Source: the human T2T-CHM13v2.0 reference genome, Homo sapiens
Direction: 5' to 3' (one strand)
Assembly: GCF_009914755.1 (NCBI RefSeq)
Contig: NC_060937.1
DNA length: 64,000 nucleotides
The translations under genes were made by a program, and so were the position numbers. Each line of letters begins with the position of its first letter. Within the stretch, counting starts at the first letter, position 1. The notes beneath the pieces were generated by a model that saw only the letters and a program-made list of their open reading frames with translations, had not been told where the DNA came from and did not search any database. Positions 1-14,561 of the stretch are shown piece by piece.

Positions 1-301
1 TTATTTTTCTTGCTGTAGACATTGACTTCTGTTCATTTCTCTTTAAAATTATTAGATAGAAAAGTAAAATAATTTTTTTCTTTCACTGTTCTGGGGAAGT
101 CTGTGAGCCTGTAAGGGATCAAATGTTATAGAGGTCTAAATATGTGATGCCAGGGCAGAAAGTAAGGATAAAAAGTTTCAGGGAAAGGAAAGCAAAGAAA
201 ATCAGGAACAAATGAGAATAAAGATTAGTTAAAAATGATTACTGCATATCTTATGCACATATACCCATTTTAATTAAGCATCTGGTGACTTTCCTTTTAA
301 G

Positions 302-337
302 GTACGGCGGCGAAGTGCTAAAAGGGAACGGCGATGA
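302..337 (+). CDS. PDS5B: Final coding segment of PDS5B (sister chromatid cohesion protein PDS5 homolog B / APRIN), residues VRRRSAKRERR*
   Basis: Acceptor gactttccttttaag| ends at 301. It is followed by GTA CGG CGG CGA AGT GCT AAA AGG GAA CGG CGA TGA, matching the PDS5B C-terminus as I recall it (...VSTVNVRRRSAKRERR). A long AU-rich, repeat-free UTR follows. Too short for the ORF track. Confidence 0.9.
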   Translation, partial: VRRRSAKRERR

Positions 338-665
338 ACAAATGTAATTAATAACTTTCTCTGTGAAAGCTTTGGAAAAATCTTTTTTTTTTTTTTTTTT
401 TGGTCAAGCTTGAGGCTGAATAAAGCCTTTGATGCACAAAATGGGACTGCTGAAGAGTGGACAGTTGGACCTTACTTTGGTGACCCCATACGTTTGTGGT
501 CACATGCTTTAGCCATACACATGGTAACATTGACTATGGAGTCTTGTGAAAGTGTAATGTGCGATGGCTATGTAGACATAAAGAAGAAACTTGTAAATAT
601 CTTTTTTCTTTTTTTTAATGTTTCTGATTTCTGAAGTGCTTGTATAGCTTTTATCTGCGGCTTTA

Positions 666-673
666 AACTGACA
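666..673 (+). promoter_or_regulatory. miR-223-3p 8mer seed match (AACTGACA)
   Basis: Exact complement of seed GUCAGUU plus A1 in the proximal UTR. Motif only. Confidence 0.45.
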
Positions 674-775
674 GTACCCGACTGTTTATTGGATCTATTG
701 ATTTGAAAAGAATTTGTTAGGATAGATCTTAAGCAGTAATCTGTCAGTGTTTGTATTTGTATTCTCTGCAATTTT

Positions 776-783
776 ACTGTGAA
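776..783 (+). promoter_or_regulatory. miR-27-3p 8mer seed match (ACTGTGAA)
   Basis: Exact complement of seed UCACAGU plus A1 in an AU-rich context. Motif only. Confidence 0.45.
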
Positions 784-1171
784 AAAAAATTTGTTTTCAA
801 CAATTGGTGTCATTTTCTTGATGTCACTATTTGTTGGAGAGTTAAATGGTCTCTTCCCTTTGTGTATCTTACCTAGTGTTTACTCCTGGGCACCCTTAAT
901 CTTCAGAGGTGCTAAATTGTCTGCCATTACACCAGAAGGATGCCTCTGATAGGAGGACAACCATGCAAATTGTGAAATAGTCCTGAAGTTCTTGGATTAC
1001 TTTACACCTCAGTATTGATTTGTCCCAGAATTTTCTGGCCTTTCATGGCAATGAAAATTTTAAGAAGAAAGATTTAAAGTATTTTAATTTTAAAGAGTGT
1101 GTTATAAAATAATGTACTGAATTCTTTATCCCATTTTATCATCCTTTCAGTTTTTATTAATCTACTGTATC

Positions 1172-1177
1172 AATAAA
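1172..1177 (+). terminator. Proximal poly(A) signal AATAAA
   Basis: Canonical hexamer preceded by TGTA (CFIm-type motif) and followed by U/GU-rich sequence. Confidence 0.6.
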
Positions 1178-3293
1178 ATTCTGTAATTTGAATGAGTTTT
1201 TAATAGTCTAGAATGTTATTGTGTATAGATATTTCCTCTTGAACGTTATGTTCAGAAAATGCAAATTACACTATAATATAAAACCTGATATATACACATT
1301 AGAAATATTCCAGTTCTCCGTAACAGTGTAAAGTTAATCAGAAAGAAAAAATTTTATTGATGCAGTGTGTCTTTATAAAGCTGTTCTTGAAAGCCAAGTG
1401 TTTTGTATTTTATAGTGAGTTGCATGTTTTTGAAAAAAAGTGCTGAAAATGGGATGTGCTGTTTTCTGTAAATTCATATTTAGCCATAGTATATGATAGA
1501 TTGCCCCATAACATAGTTTTTCATCAAGAGTTTATTATTGTACTTTATTTTGGAGCCAAAAAATTGATTCTGGGGGGTGGGGGCAGCGTAGAAGTGGTAT
1601 ATCCAAGTATATCAGCTACTGTAGTTGTCACAGTCTTGTGAACTTTGAATGAAATTCCACTTTGTCCAGATTGGGAGAAGTGGAAATTTATTTGGATTTA
1701 GAGCAGGTCTTTTTTTTTCTTCATTGTAATCTGCAAAATGTAGAAATAAATTACTTAAGGCAGTATCCTTTATACAGTTGTATAAACTGTATTTTGAACC
1801 AAAACATATAGGTTACTACTTAATGCTTACCTAATTTCATTTTAGTATTTTAGGTGCTGTTATGTTTTTTCATGGTTAACACCAGAGGGGAAAAAATCAT
1901 ATTCTAACTTATTAAATTTATCACATTGAATAGTGGAACATTTTCATATGATACACCATTATGTTTAAGATATATTTCCAAGATTGGTTATAATAGATGG
2001 GGCATATAATAAAGAAGCTACTATTTTGGAAAATGACATTTTACTATTTGCCAATGTATATTGCAATTGATGTGATTATTTTTCTTTTAAAGATTTGTTT
2101 GTGTTTATGAAACAGCCATTTATTTTTTAAAAAGTGTTTTGAATTGTGTCTTAATCTCTCCATATTTAACTATTCTTCATTTACAACAATAGTGACACCA
2201 GTAATTATGAGAGGCTGTCATATATCAAAGCAGCTCAGGTGGGATCAACATACATTGGTTTTGAAATGTTTCCTTAGCTCGGTTCTCCCAAACACATAAT
2301 TTCTGTTTCAGCAGTACAAAGGCATGTTTTAAAATCTATAACATAAAGAATAAGGAATAGCTTTGTATTTTTGTCATTGATTAAATTGCACCAGAAATGT
2401 TTATGGAAATATTAAGAACATTTTATAAAACATACGAAAAAGTGATTGTGAAGGATTTTTATTTGCATGATTATAGTTAAGCAAATTTCATTTCACATTT
2501 TTGTAATGCTGTACAGCAGTTCACAAAAAAATGTTCATTGTAGATTTTGTTATGTTCAATGCCAATGAGTCTGTAATTTTACGACCTGTCTGTTCTTTTT
2601 TTGGGTGGATTACGATGTAAATTTTTCTTTTCTTTCTTTCTTTTTTTTTTTTTTTTTTGTGTAGAAAAATAGGTGCAATAATGATCAAAGTTTTGATGTC
2701 TTGAGTCTCCATCTTAGGGGATTATCTTACGTTTAAGCTTAACATTTCATGTAGTAAGATTTGGAGAGCCACATACTTTACAGTAAAATTAAGTGTGTAT
2801 AAAACATTAATTGCTAACAATTGTTAGCAAACTATTTCAGTGATAATGTTCATTTTGAAAATATGTACTGTATAACATTAAGAAAATATTTAACTCCCTG
2901 TAACAAGTTCCATTATGAAAATCTTATTCCTCAGTGAGGTTATCTTGCTGCACTCTGTAGCAAATTTGTTTAATCTACATTATAATAAAATTTCTTGCTG
3001 CAGTGCAACAGGAGGCTTTTTCAGTGATCTTCACTGTATATGTAAATTACAAATGTGGCTGTAAAACTTATTCCAGGTATTAAAGGTTAAATTGCTTTCT
3101 ATATCTTCTTATAACTTGTAAGTCTGATTTTTAAGATTTCCTTTTGTCGACTTGTAAGAATGTCAGGAATTTAAGAATTTGTTTAAATTAGGCATATCTC
3201 TGCCATCACATAGTATTATGTCACCATAATGAACAATTGCTATTTAAATAGATAACCAATTTTCAGACACATTTTTGGATTTCTGTGAAGTTG

Positions 3294-3299
3294 AATAAA
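3294..3299 (+). terminator. Distal poly(A) signal AATAAA
   Basis: Canonical hexamer with a downstream GU/U-rich element, near the end of the repeat-free region. Confidence 0.7.
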
Positions 3300-3596
3300 C
3301 ATAAAAGCTAATACAGTTGTATTATTTTGTGTATGTAAATCAACATATATATTTAAATACTAAATGGAGAAAGGCACATTTGATGATTTTTAATTTTGGA
3401 GCCTTTGTTTCATGAAGTGGAAACACGTCTCAGTAACTTTTTCCAAACCTTTTGTTTAAACTTCTCATGCAAAATGTTGGCGGACAGAGAATTCTAAGTA
3501 TTATTTAAGTTGAATAATTGCGTAACTGAACAAAATAAATGTATAATATAAACTTTAAAAATAAGCACTAAATAAATAAGTTGCCAGTAGCAGTTT

Positions 3597-3845
3597 TATT
3601 AATTCGTTCAGCAAACATTTATTGAGTGCCTTCTATGTGCCAGGCACTCAAAAATTTTACTCAGTTTTGCAGAGGATAAAGTGTGATCAAGATAGTGTAA
3701 GTCCCTGCTTTTGTGGTACTTTCATTATGTTAGAGGTGGGTGAATAAGAAAAAAAAAATTAATATATGATGTCAGATTGTGAAAAATGCAGTGAAAAAAA
3801 GGAAAAGCAGGATAGAAAGTACTAATGATAGGTGGAGAAGTTATT
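3597..3845 (-). mobile_element. L2 LINE 3' end fragment
   Basis: ttcagcaaacatttattgagtgccttctatgtgccaggcac is the characteristic antisense L2 3' terminus. Confidence 0.75.
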
Positions 3846-3849
3846 TTAT

Positions 3850-5500
<1,651 letters not shown>

Positions 5501-5739
5501 AAAAGTACTAAAGGATTGAAGTTGATGTGATTTTTCTCCCAAGAGCAGATTTGCCCTTTTTTCTTTTAGGCATTCTAGAGATTGATGACCTCAAGAGTTG
5601 AGCCTGGGTTGCAACTTTAGTTAGACTCAATCTGGTTGTTTCAAATGTCTTAATGGTAAGACATGCATTATATGACAGACTAGCACAGCAAGCCTGCAGG
5701 AGATTTCATTCAGGCTATTCCGCCCAGCTCCCCAGCAGG

Positions 5740-6440
5740 AATGCTATTTGACACAGAGTAGTCAAAGGCGGCGTCTTTGAGAAGGTAACATCTGAGCATG
5801 GACTTCAATTAAGTGAGGCATCAAGCCTTATGAATATCTGGGAGAAGAGTATTCCAGGCAGAGGGAAGAATAAGTATGAAAGTCCTTAAGCAAGAATGAA
5901 CTTTGTGCATCAAGGATTTCAAGAAGGCTGATGTTTCTGGAGTTGAATTGAGCAAAAGCTGAAGGAAGGGGTAGGATAGAAAGGAGATAAGAAAGAGCCA
6001 GATCACACCTATGATGTCTCTTGGTAATTTTGTTCAAAAGTTGATGGGAATCCATTGTAGGCTTTGAGTAGGAGAGTGGTAAGGTTTGTTTTAATTTTTA
6101 AAAATACTACTCTGGCTATTGATGAGAATGGCTAATAGAGTGTAAGAATAGAAGCCCCCCAGTTTAGTTAAATTATATTAGTAGTCTAGACAATTTGTTC
6201 ATTTCACAATAAGAGTGATAGAAATTGTGATAAGTACTTGGATTCATGATGTATTTTGAAGTTACAGTTAGTAGCCCTTTGCTGATGGATATGGAAGCGT
6301 GAGGGAGATGAATCAAAGATGACTCCTAAACTTTGAGCCAGAGAAACTGAGTGAGTGGTGTCATTTACTGATATGAAGGAAGCTGGGTGGGACATATTCT
6401 TCAGGATAAAATATTTGGTGTCAGGGTTCATCAGTTTCAG
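5740..6440 (-). mobile_element. L2 fragment (continuation of 3597-3845)
   Basis: gagaaggtaacatctgagc...ccaggcagagggaag...gatgggaatccattg...aatcaaagatgactcc are antisense L2 motifs. Confidence 0.7.
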
Positions 6441-6619
6441 CATGTGATTTATTAATATTTACATAGTCTTTGGGTGCTTTGGATATTTGGATTCCAGTCC
6501 TTTATGTGAATTTCTGTTTGAAGGTGGAAACAGCTTCTAAAAAAAAAATGTAGGCATTTTACATCATCTGGCATTTCTAAAATCTGAAAGCATGTAACTA
6601 TTAAGAAATTTATTATAAT

Positions 6620-7090
6620 ACCTCCAATTTAGCATTTCTGAAACTAAATGAATAACCTTTCCTTCCCAAATCTGATCATCTTCGTATGTCTGAAAATGGA
6701 ATTAGTATCCACCTAGTAATGCAAATCTAGAAATTTGCTTTGACTCCTGTTCCTTACACCTGTATCCAGTCTGTCATCAAATCCTGTTGAGTTTACCTCC
6801 TGATTATCCCTTGAGTTTTTCTACTTTTTTCCACCGGTCTCCCTTAAGTTCTCATCATTTCTTTGCCTCTTTGTTGGTCTCACATTTACTCTTGCCCCAC
6901 CTCAAATTCATTTTCATAATGTAGCCAGATTGTGAAGTACCATGATTTTATCTACCCCCCAGCAGCAGCAGCAGCAACAGTAGCAAATAATATAAACCTT
7001 ATATCTCTTCAATAATTTACCATCGCTTTTAGGATAATGTGCCCCACGAAGCTCTGCATCATGGGTCACTCTTGTTTAGCTAATTCTTCC
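6620..7090 (+). mobile_element. L2 fragment
   Basis: atccagtctgtcatcaaatcctgttgagtttacctcc and similar sense L2 motifs. Confidence 0.55.
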
Positions 7091-7436
7091 TTCATATTTT
7101 GTATTTTATTTCATTGATTTCTTTTTCTAATTTTTATCTTTTGCCTGTACCAATATCTAATTCACTATATTGATAAGTTTTTATATTTGGTCCAAAAATT
7201 CTCGAAGTCTTAATTTTAAAAATGTCTTGGTCATTCCTTGGCTCTTCTTGTTATTTTCGCTTATTCAGTATTGAGTCTTCCCACTGAGATAGATTTTTTT
7301 AAGGCCTTCCTTTCAATAAAGTTTTTATTTTCTTCATAAGAATAGGCTTTGCACTTTTTAAAATGTTTTATGGGTTTTATTATTATTGCTTACATTGCTA
7401 TTTCCATTATTTTCTAATTGGTATAGCTGCTATGCT

Positions 7437-7739
7437 TTTCTTTCTTTCTTTTCTTTTTTTTTTTTTTTTCTTTTGAGACAGTCTTGCTCTGTGCAGTAGA
7501 GCAATCTCAGCTCACTGCAACCTCTGCCTCCTAGGCTCAAGCAATTCTTGTGCCTCAGCCTCCCGAGTAAGTGGGACTACAGGTGTGTGCCACCACACCT
7601 GGCCAATTTTTTATACTTTTAGTAGAGATGGGGTTTCACCATTTAGCCAGGCTGGTCTCGAACTCATGGCCTCAAGTTGATCCACCCACCTTGGCCTCCC
7701 AAAGTGCTGTTATTACAGATGTGAACCACTGAGCCCAGC
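7437..7739 (-). mobile_element. Alu (J/S)
   Basis: Antisense Alu with a poly-T head, flanked by gctgctat repeats. Confidence 0.93.
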
Positions 7740-8919
7740 TGCTATTTTGTTTTCAGCTGCTTTGTTGAACTCTAATAGTTTTTCAGTTAATTCTCTTAGA
7801 TTTGTCAGATGGATAATACGATCTGCAAATTGTTTTGTCAGTATTATTTTATATTGTTCTGAAACGTATACAAAATGTCTTTCTGGTCTAATTAGCATTG
7901 GTTGGCTCCTCCAGAGCATAGTTAAATAGAAAGCATTCTGCCTTTTCTAATTTAAGAAAGTATCTAGTTCTAATCAGGGTTATTGAAAAATAAAATCTGG
8001 AATATATGTTGAATTCCATGTTTGTATGGAAGTTTATGTTTTTAAAAATATATGATAATTTAATGAATTATATTAATAAACTTCATATATAGAACCATCC
8101 TTGCTTTGATAGGACTAACTCAGCTTGGTCATGCTACTAGATTCAGTTTGCTAACATTTTACTTAGTATTCTCATGTCTGAGATTGCTTTATAATTTATC
8201 ATACTAGCATTATTCCAGTATTGATGTAAGGAGTTTTGCTAGCCTTCTAGAATGAGTTGGAGAGTTGTTTGTATTTTTCTATGAACGTTTATGTAGTGTA
8301 GGAGTTATTTGCTTCCTGAAATTATAATAGAATTTTTAAAAGTTTTATTTGGTGCTTTCTAAAATTTTAAGTAAAAAAGTGTTTCAGACATGCAGGAAAT
8401 AATACAGCAGACATTGATTATCTCATTAATAGATATTCATGATCTCATTTCCCAAATTTAAAAGATACCAACGTTGCTGTGTTTCAGTTAGCATTAAGTT
8501 CTCCCCCTCAACACACACACACAGATGCACACCTACCCACTTCCTGTGAGTAAGGAATAAGATCTCAGAAACGTTTAGCAAGCTGCGTTTCTTGGGTTTG
8601 AAGAATGTTGTATAATTGTGTGTGTCACAGGCACTGTGGAGTGACTGATTTGTCTCTGTCCCTTGGTGGAGAAGATAAGCTCACTTTTAACATATAAAAA
8701 AGCTGTGCACAAGCTGCATTCCCTTTTTTGTCTTATCCTAATAATGTGTATCATTCTCATGCATGTGTTCATCTTCATTTTACTTATGTGTATTTAAAAT
8801 ACATAGGACTATTTCGTGTTTTTAAAATTTTTTGGAAAAAAGACATCATAGTTATCATTTTGAAACCTATTTTTCACCCAACACCGTGTCTTTGAAATAT
8901 AGCCATATTGACATTTGTT

Positions 8920-9063
8920 GATCTCCATTTCTTCACAATATAACATCTTTTAAAATTGGGATGCTTCCTAAATCAGTGGTGTCTTAAAATTGGCAGCATT
9001 TTCTTAATGACAGAATAATGCTGTACCTTATAATCGATGTTATCTTAGATTTGATTACATCCA
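8920..9063 (+). mobile_element. MER104-like Tc2/mariner MITE
   Basis: aacatc...aaattgggatgc...aattggcagcatttt...aataatg...aatcgatg.tatcttagatttgat matches the recalled MER104 layout. A similar element lies at 49850. Confidence 0.55.
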
Positions 9064-12000
9064 GTAGTTAATTCCTCTTAATTGCTGTAAAGCATTCTGT
9101 TGTTTGAATATACAACAGTTAATCCATTTCTCTATCATAGTTAATCATTTTTCTTATTGGTAGATAATCAGGTTGTTTGCACTTTCACTTTTATAAGCAG
9201 TTCGAAAGTAAGCATTCTTCCTGTCTCATAAACAATTATTCTGAATGAAAATGTTGAATTTAGTAAATATGGATATTCTGCTTTCTAGGTATTGCCAAAT
9301 TGCATTCCTAAGTAGTTATATTACTTTATACTTCCGCCAGCAATGTATAAGAGCTCCTGTTTGCTTTTCATTTTTAGATTTGTATCAGTTTGAAACTGTA
9401 TTTATGTTGTGAGCTAAGGATCTTATTTTCTCCTTTTCAAATGGATAGCCATTCGCCTCAGTATCATTAGTTATTGAATAGTTTATTCTCTACTTGACTT
9501 ACAGTGCTCTATCCGCCATATACTAAATGCAGGCAGTTACAGATTAAGATCTGTTTCTAGGCTTCCTTTTCTATTGCATTAGCTTATGTATGTAGTATAT
9601 TTACTGTAGTTTTATAGTAAGGCATCTCCTTATTAATACTCTTCAAAATTGTCCTGACTATTGTCTTTTTATAACTACAAGAATTTTTAAATCATGTTGC
9701 CTGATTCTGGGGAAAAATCTTTAGGATTTTTATTAGAACTACTTCGAACTTAAAAATATATATTTGGAGAAAATGGCCATCTTTATGATGTTGAATCTTC
9801 CCATTTATGAATATGGCTGGTTAGTTGGTCAGTCTCTTTGTAATCGATCTTGCTTCTTTTTCTATCAATAAAGTTTTACAATTTTCTTCATAACAGTCTT
9901 GCACATTGTAACTTTCTTTAAAAGTACCTTTCTAATTGTTTGTTGTTGGTGGATAAGAACACTAGTTTAGTCTCCATTTCATCTTATTAAAAACTGTGTG
10001 ACTCCTTTGGTGCTTAGTAGATTTTTTTAGGAGCTGAAACTTTTATTGTCTTTTTAGCTGCTCCATGGTTGGTTAAGCCAGATTGTTCCTTCTACCTGGC
10101 TCAATTTTGGTAATCTTTTCCTTGGAAATCATGCATTTCTAGGTTTGAAAATTTGTTAGGAAAAGTTTTAACATAGGCTGTTTTATTTTGTAAATCTCTG
10201 CAGCATCTCTCTCTATTTTTTTTTCTTGAGTCTAAGTTTTTTGTCAACATTTTTTCCTTTATCATTGGAATCATTAAAAATTTCCAAGAAGCAGCTTTTG
10301 GTTTTATTTATTGAGTATTTATTTCTATAATTTTTGCAGTGATCCTCATTTCTTTTTTCAACTTCACTTGCACTTAGTAGTTCTTTTAGTCTCTTGGGTT
10401 GAATGCTTAGTTCACGTATATCTTGGTCTTTCTTGTTTTCTAATATATGCATTCCTCTTATAAGTACTTCTTGATTATATCACATAGGTCTTGTTTGGTG
10501 GTGTTCCACTTTTTGCTCATTTCCAAATAGTTTGTCGTTTTAGTTTTGATTATTAAGCCTAGTGTTTTTTTTTTTCCTCCCAAAAGAGGAAAAAAATGTG
10601 GGGATAGGCTTGAAGGGAGGGGCGTATTTTTTATTTTATTATCCTTTTGTTATTCTTACGTAGCTAAATTTATGGGCCAAGAATGTCACTTGTATAATTT
10701 CGGTTGTCTGTATTACTGAGAGATTTTTCTGTGTTTTTATGTATGCTGAAAAGAAGGTTTATTCACAGTTTGTGTGTATCTGTATTTTAGATTGAGCTTG
10801 TTAATTTAGGTTATTTAAATTTTTATATCTTGTTTTGTCTGTCAAACTTTCTGGTTTAGGGTAGATGGTTTTGTTAATGTCTCCCATAAAGATTATGAAT
10901 ATTTCTCCTTGTATTTGTATCAGTTTTTACTTTATGTATTTCAAAGTTTTGATGTGAGGAGTCCTATGACTGATATGTATTCTTGATGCATTGTATCATG
11001 TCAGCAGTATTAAATACCTGTTTTTTTCTCCTTAATGCTTTTTGATTGAATTCTATGGTCTTAATCTTGCTATGCTTTTTATTAGTATATGATACTCCTT
11101 TTTATCAACTTCCCTGTGTCATTTTGTGTTCCATCTGATTCAAAAACAGCATTTAGCTATTTTTATTACTTATTTTTTCCTCCATTTTCTCTATTCTTCT
11201 TCAGGAAGTCTTAGAGTTTTTGAGATTTTAGAGCCAGCTGTCTTCCACATCTCAGCTTTACCCTGGCAACACTTTTCTCCAGCATGTGCTTTGGGCTATA
11301 ATTCTTTCTCAAGATATACTTTTTTCCCCAGAATTTGTCAAGATTTGTACGTTTCTTTTTCTCATCATTGCGGATTTATCTAGTATGTTTCTGTGTTTTT
11401 ATATTATCTCCCATCATTTTATGAGGGAGGGTAGTTGCCAGTAATCATTGTTCTGTCTTGATCCTGTGGTGTCCCTCCCTGATTCCAGCACTTAGGTTTT
11501 ATTCTTAACCTGTTTGGTTTGGGGCACAAGAGTTTCATAAACCTGTATTCAATCCATCATCTTTGAGCCTTCCTGAGCTGCTTCTTAAAAGGCTGTTATC
11601 TTACAGCGTGTCATTATTTTACTACTGTTCATCTCATAAGTTGGAGTCACTTCAGTTCCTCAGGGCTTCTGCTAGCCACCCCAGATGGAGAGCAGCTCAT
11701 TTTTTGGACCTATTATTGGAGAGTGTCAGTGACTATATCCCGTCCTTTTTTGTAGGTCCTATTCATGACTTCTGTATATCCCTTCCTTTTTACTGGCCTC
11801 TGTGACACTATTCTAATAGGGTTTTCTTCCTACCTTTCTCTATCCCCCTTATTTTCACTGGTGGTTTTTCTTCACTCATTACTTAATTGGCATTGCAACT
11901 TAATGTAAGAGTCATTGGCTTTTTGTCCTCTTTTTAAAGGTAAAAAATAATTGTACTGACTTTTATACAATAGTAATTGTACTTTTATTATCCCTTGAGA

Positions 12001-12166
12001 AAATATGTATGTATATAGATAACAGACATATTACTTTGGTAGAGCCATATCATTAATATACACTGATTTTAAAAACACTTGCTTTGAAAGATCTCACTTT
12101 ACTATCTTCTTTAATCATCACAACAACATATAGTATGATTGGATAAGTATGAGGCAGATAAAATGA

Positions 12167-12559
<393 letters not shown>

Positions 12560-12749
12560 TGACCATACCTAAACTTAGGCAGTAACTTTAGATTTGCCAT
12601 GCTCTATAAGTTTTTACTCCTCCCCATGTACATTTGAATGATATTACATTTATAGGGAAAATAGTCGCCACTTTATTTTGGTGTAGATGTGTTTATTACT
12701 TGTGTTAACTCCAGATGTAAAGCCAAGTGTAAAATAGCTGATGGAGCCT

Positions 12750-12990
12750 TCATTCTGCTGGCTCTGTAAATGTAATAGATGTGTGATCACAGGCAAGTCA
12801 TTTATCTGTCTGCAGTATGGTTTCCTCATCTATCAAATAGGCAAAAAATAGCTCTTAAAAACGAGTGTCATCAATCAAATAAAATATGGTGTGTGTGAAA
12901 AATCTTTGTAAAGCATAAAGAACCCATGACAGGCTTCACTGTCAGCCATGCCTACCTCATATAACAAATAACAGTTAAAATTGTTAGCCT
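12750..12990 (+). mobile_element. MIR
   Basis: tgtgtgatcacaggcaagtcattt...gtttcctcatctatcaaatagg...gtaaagca is the MIR core and tail. Confidence 0.7.
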
Positions 12991-14561
12991 TTAGTTATCA
13001 AAGCATATGTCACGAATTCAGTTCATGGGGATCCTTGCCCACTTATGGATAAGAGGGTAATAGTTGGTATTTAAAGAAAACATTAACTGCAGAGATATGA
13101 TACAGATATGTAGCTATAGATATATCTCACTGAAATTTATATGAGTCAGAGGTGGAGAATATCCAAGCCATGTTACCATCTTCCAGTATCCACTTCTTAT
13201 GGGCTCTCAAATATCGGACCTTTGCCCATTGCCTAAACTGCAGTTCATCTTGCCAACTGGTTTTGTTTTGATTCTATTTATTATGTCTTAGGCTGTAATC
13301 TCATCCAGACCTGATTCTGAGACCAAGCTCTGTGTCTTCTTGCCTTACTTGCTGCTTTTGACCTCTTAAACTAGAGCTTATCATTTTAAATGGCCCAACT
13401 TGATTACACTGTAGATAAGACTAAATACTGTGACTCTGAGAAAAAATAAACTTTATTTGTGCGACAAATTATTTGCAGCTTCAGCTCTGATGAGTAATTC
13501 CCAGTCTGTGTCCCTTACTGACTTCTGGACTTTAATTATGATCTCTGGTGACTGATTATTTGTTTTACTTATTTTTATTTTTTAGAGACAGTGTCTTGTT
13601 CTGTCACCGAGACTTGAGTACAGTGATATGATCATACCTCACTGCAACCTTGAACGCCTAGGTTCAAGCGATCTTCCTGCCTCACCCTCCCGAGTAACTA
13701 GAACTTCAGGTGCATACCACCATGCCCAACTAATTTTTAAAAATATTTTTCATAGACACAGGGTCTCCCTGTGTTTCCCAGGCAGGTCTCAAACTCCTGA
13801 CTTTGAGCCATCCTCCTGCCTCGGTCTCCCAAAATGCTGGGATTACAGACATGAGCCACTGTGCCTGGACTAATTACTGATTATTTGTATTTCCTGTGAC
13901 TTCATCATCCTTTTCTGTTCCCACTACAGCCCTTCTACCCACCATCATCATTGTGATACATCATTTTTTCAATTACCTGGGATATAGACTATCAAGGAGT
14001 CCTGATTATTTCACTTTTTAAACCAGAAGACATTTTACTTTCCATGCTATTGCAACTGTTGAAAACAGGAGGATTTAAATAACTAGGAAACTTCAGTTAA
14101 GGGGGAGTGGGGAGAAAGCCTAAGTTTATACCACAAAGTAGGAAGAATATCCACCAAATATTTTTGGACTAAAACCAAAATAAATTGGGATAGACTTCTG
14201 AAGCTCGAGAATGAATTCTCTGAAAGCGTCACCACCCTGAAAAACACACTCGAAGATCCTCTGGTAGGTGTGACAAAGATGATTAAAGGGCTTCCACTGG
14301 GCCCAAGACACATTTTGGACACCCCTGCAGTAACTCAGTTCATTCATCTTAAGTGACAAGGGTGTGGAATTGATGAGAAATCTCATTGAAACACTGCACT
14401 TTCTGCATTCTAGCCTTCAAATCCTGAAGTGAGAAATCACCAAGGAAAATACAGCTGCACAATCCACTTGCAGGTGGAGACTGAATTCAGCTGAGAGAAA
14501 CAACAGATGGGTCTCTAGAGAACCCATGACAGGCTTCACTGTCAGCCATGCCTACCTCATA
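12919..14561 (+). repeat. Exact 43-bp dispersed direct repeat (12919-12961 and 14519-14561)
   Basis: agaacccatgacaggcttcactgtcagccatgcctacctcata occurs twice, 1600 bp apart. Confidence 0.95.
13562..13870 (-). mobile_element. AluJ
   Basis: Diverged antisense Alu with TSD actgattatttgt. Confidence 0.9.

Larger units (their letters stand above)
338..3320 (+). other. PDS5B: PDS5B 3' UTR (~3 kb)
   Basis: AT-rich, transposon-free sequence from the stop codon to AATAAA at 3294-3299, followed by U/GU-rich gttgtattattttgtgtatgt. Repeats start only after ~3600. Confidence 0.8.
7100..11200 (-). mobile_element. Mosaic of very old L1ME/L1M fragments
   Basis: Antisense L1 motifs such as tagattcagtttgctaacatttt, ggtattgccaaattgc, ttgaatcttcccatttatgaatatgg. 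Boundaries approximate. Confidence 0.55.

Noticed and set aside
6961-6985. (CAG)n run
   Set aside because: Only about five pure units, inside an L2 fragment and non-coding.
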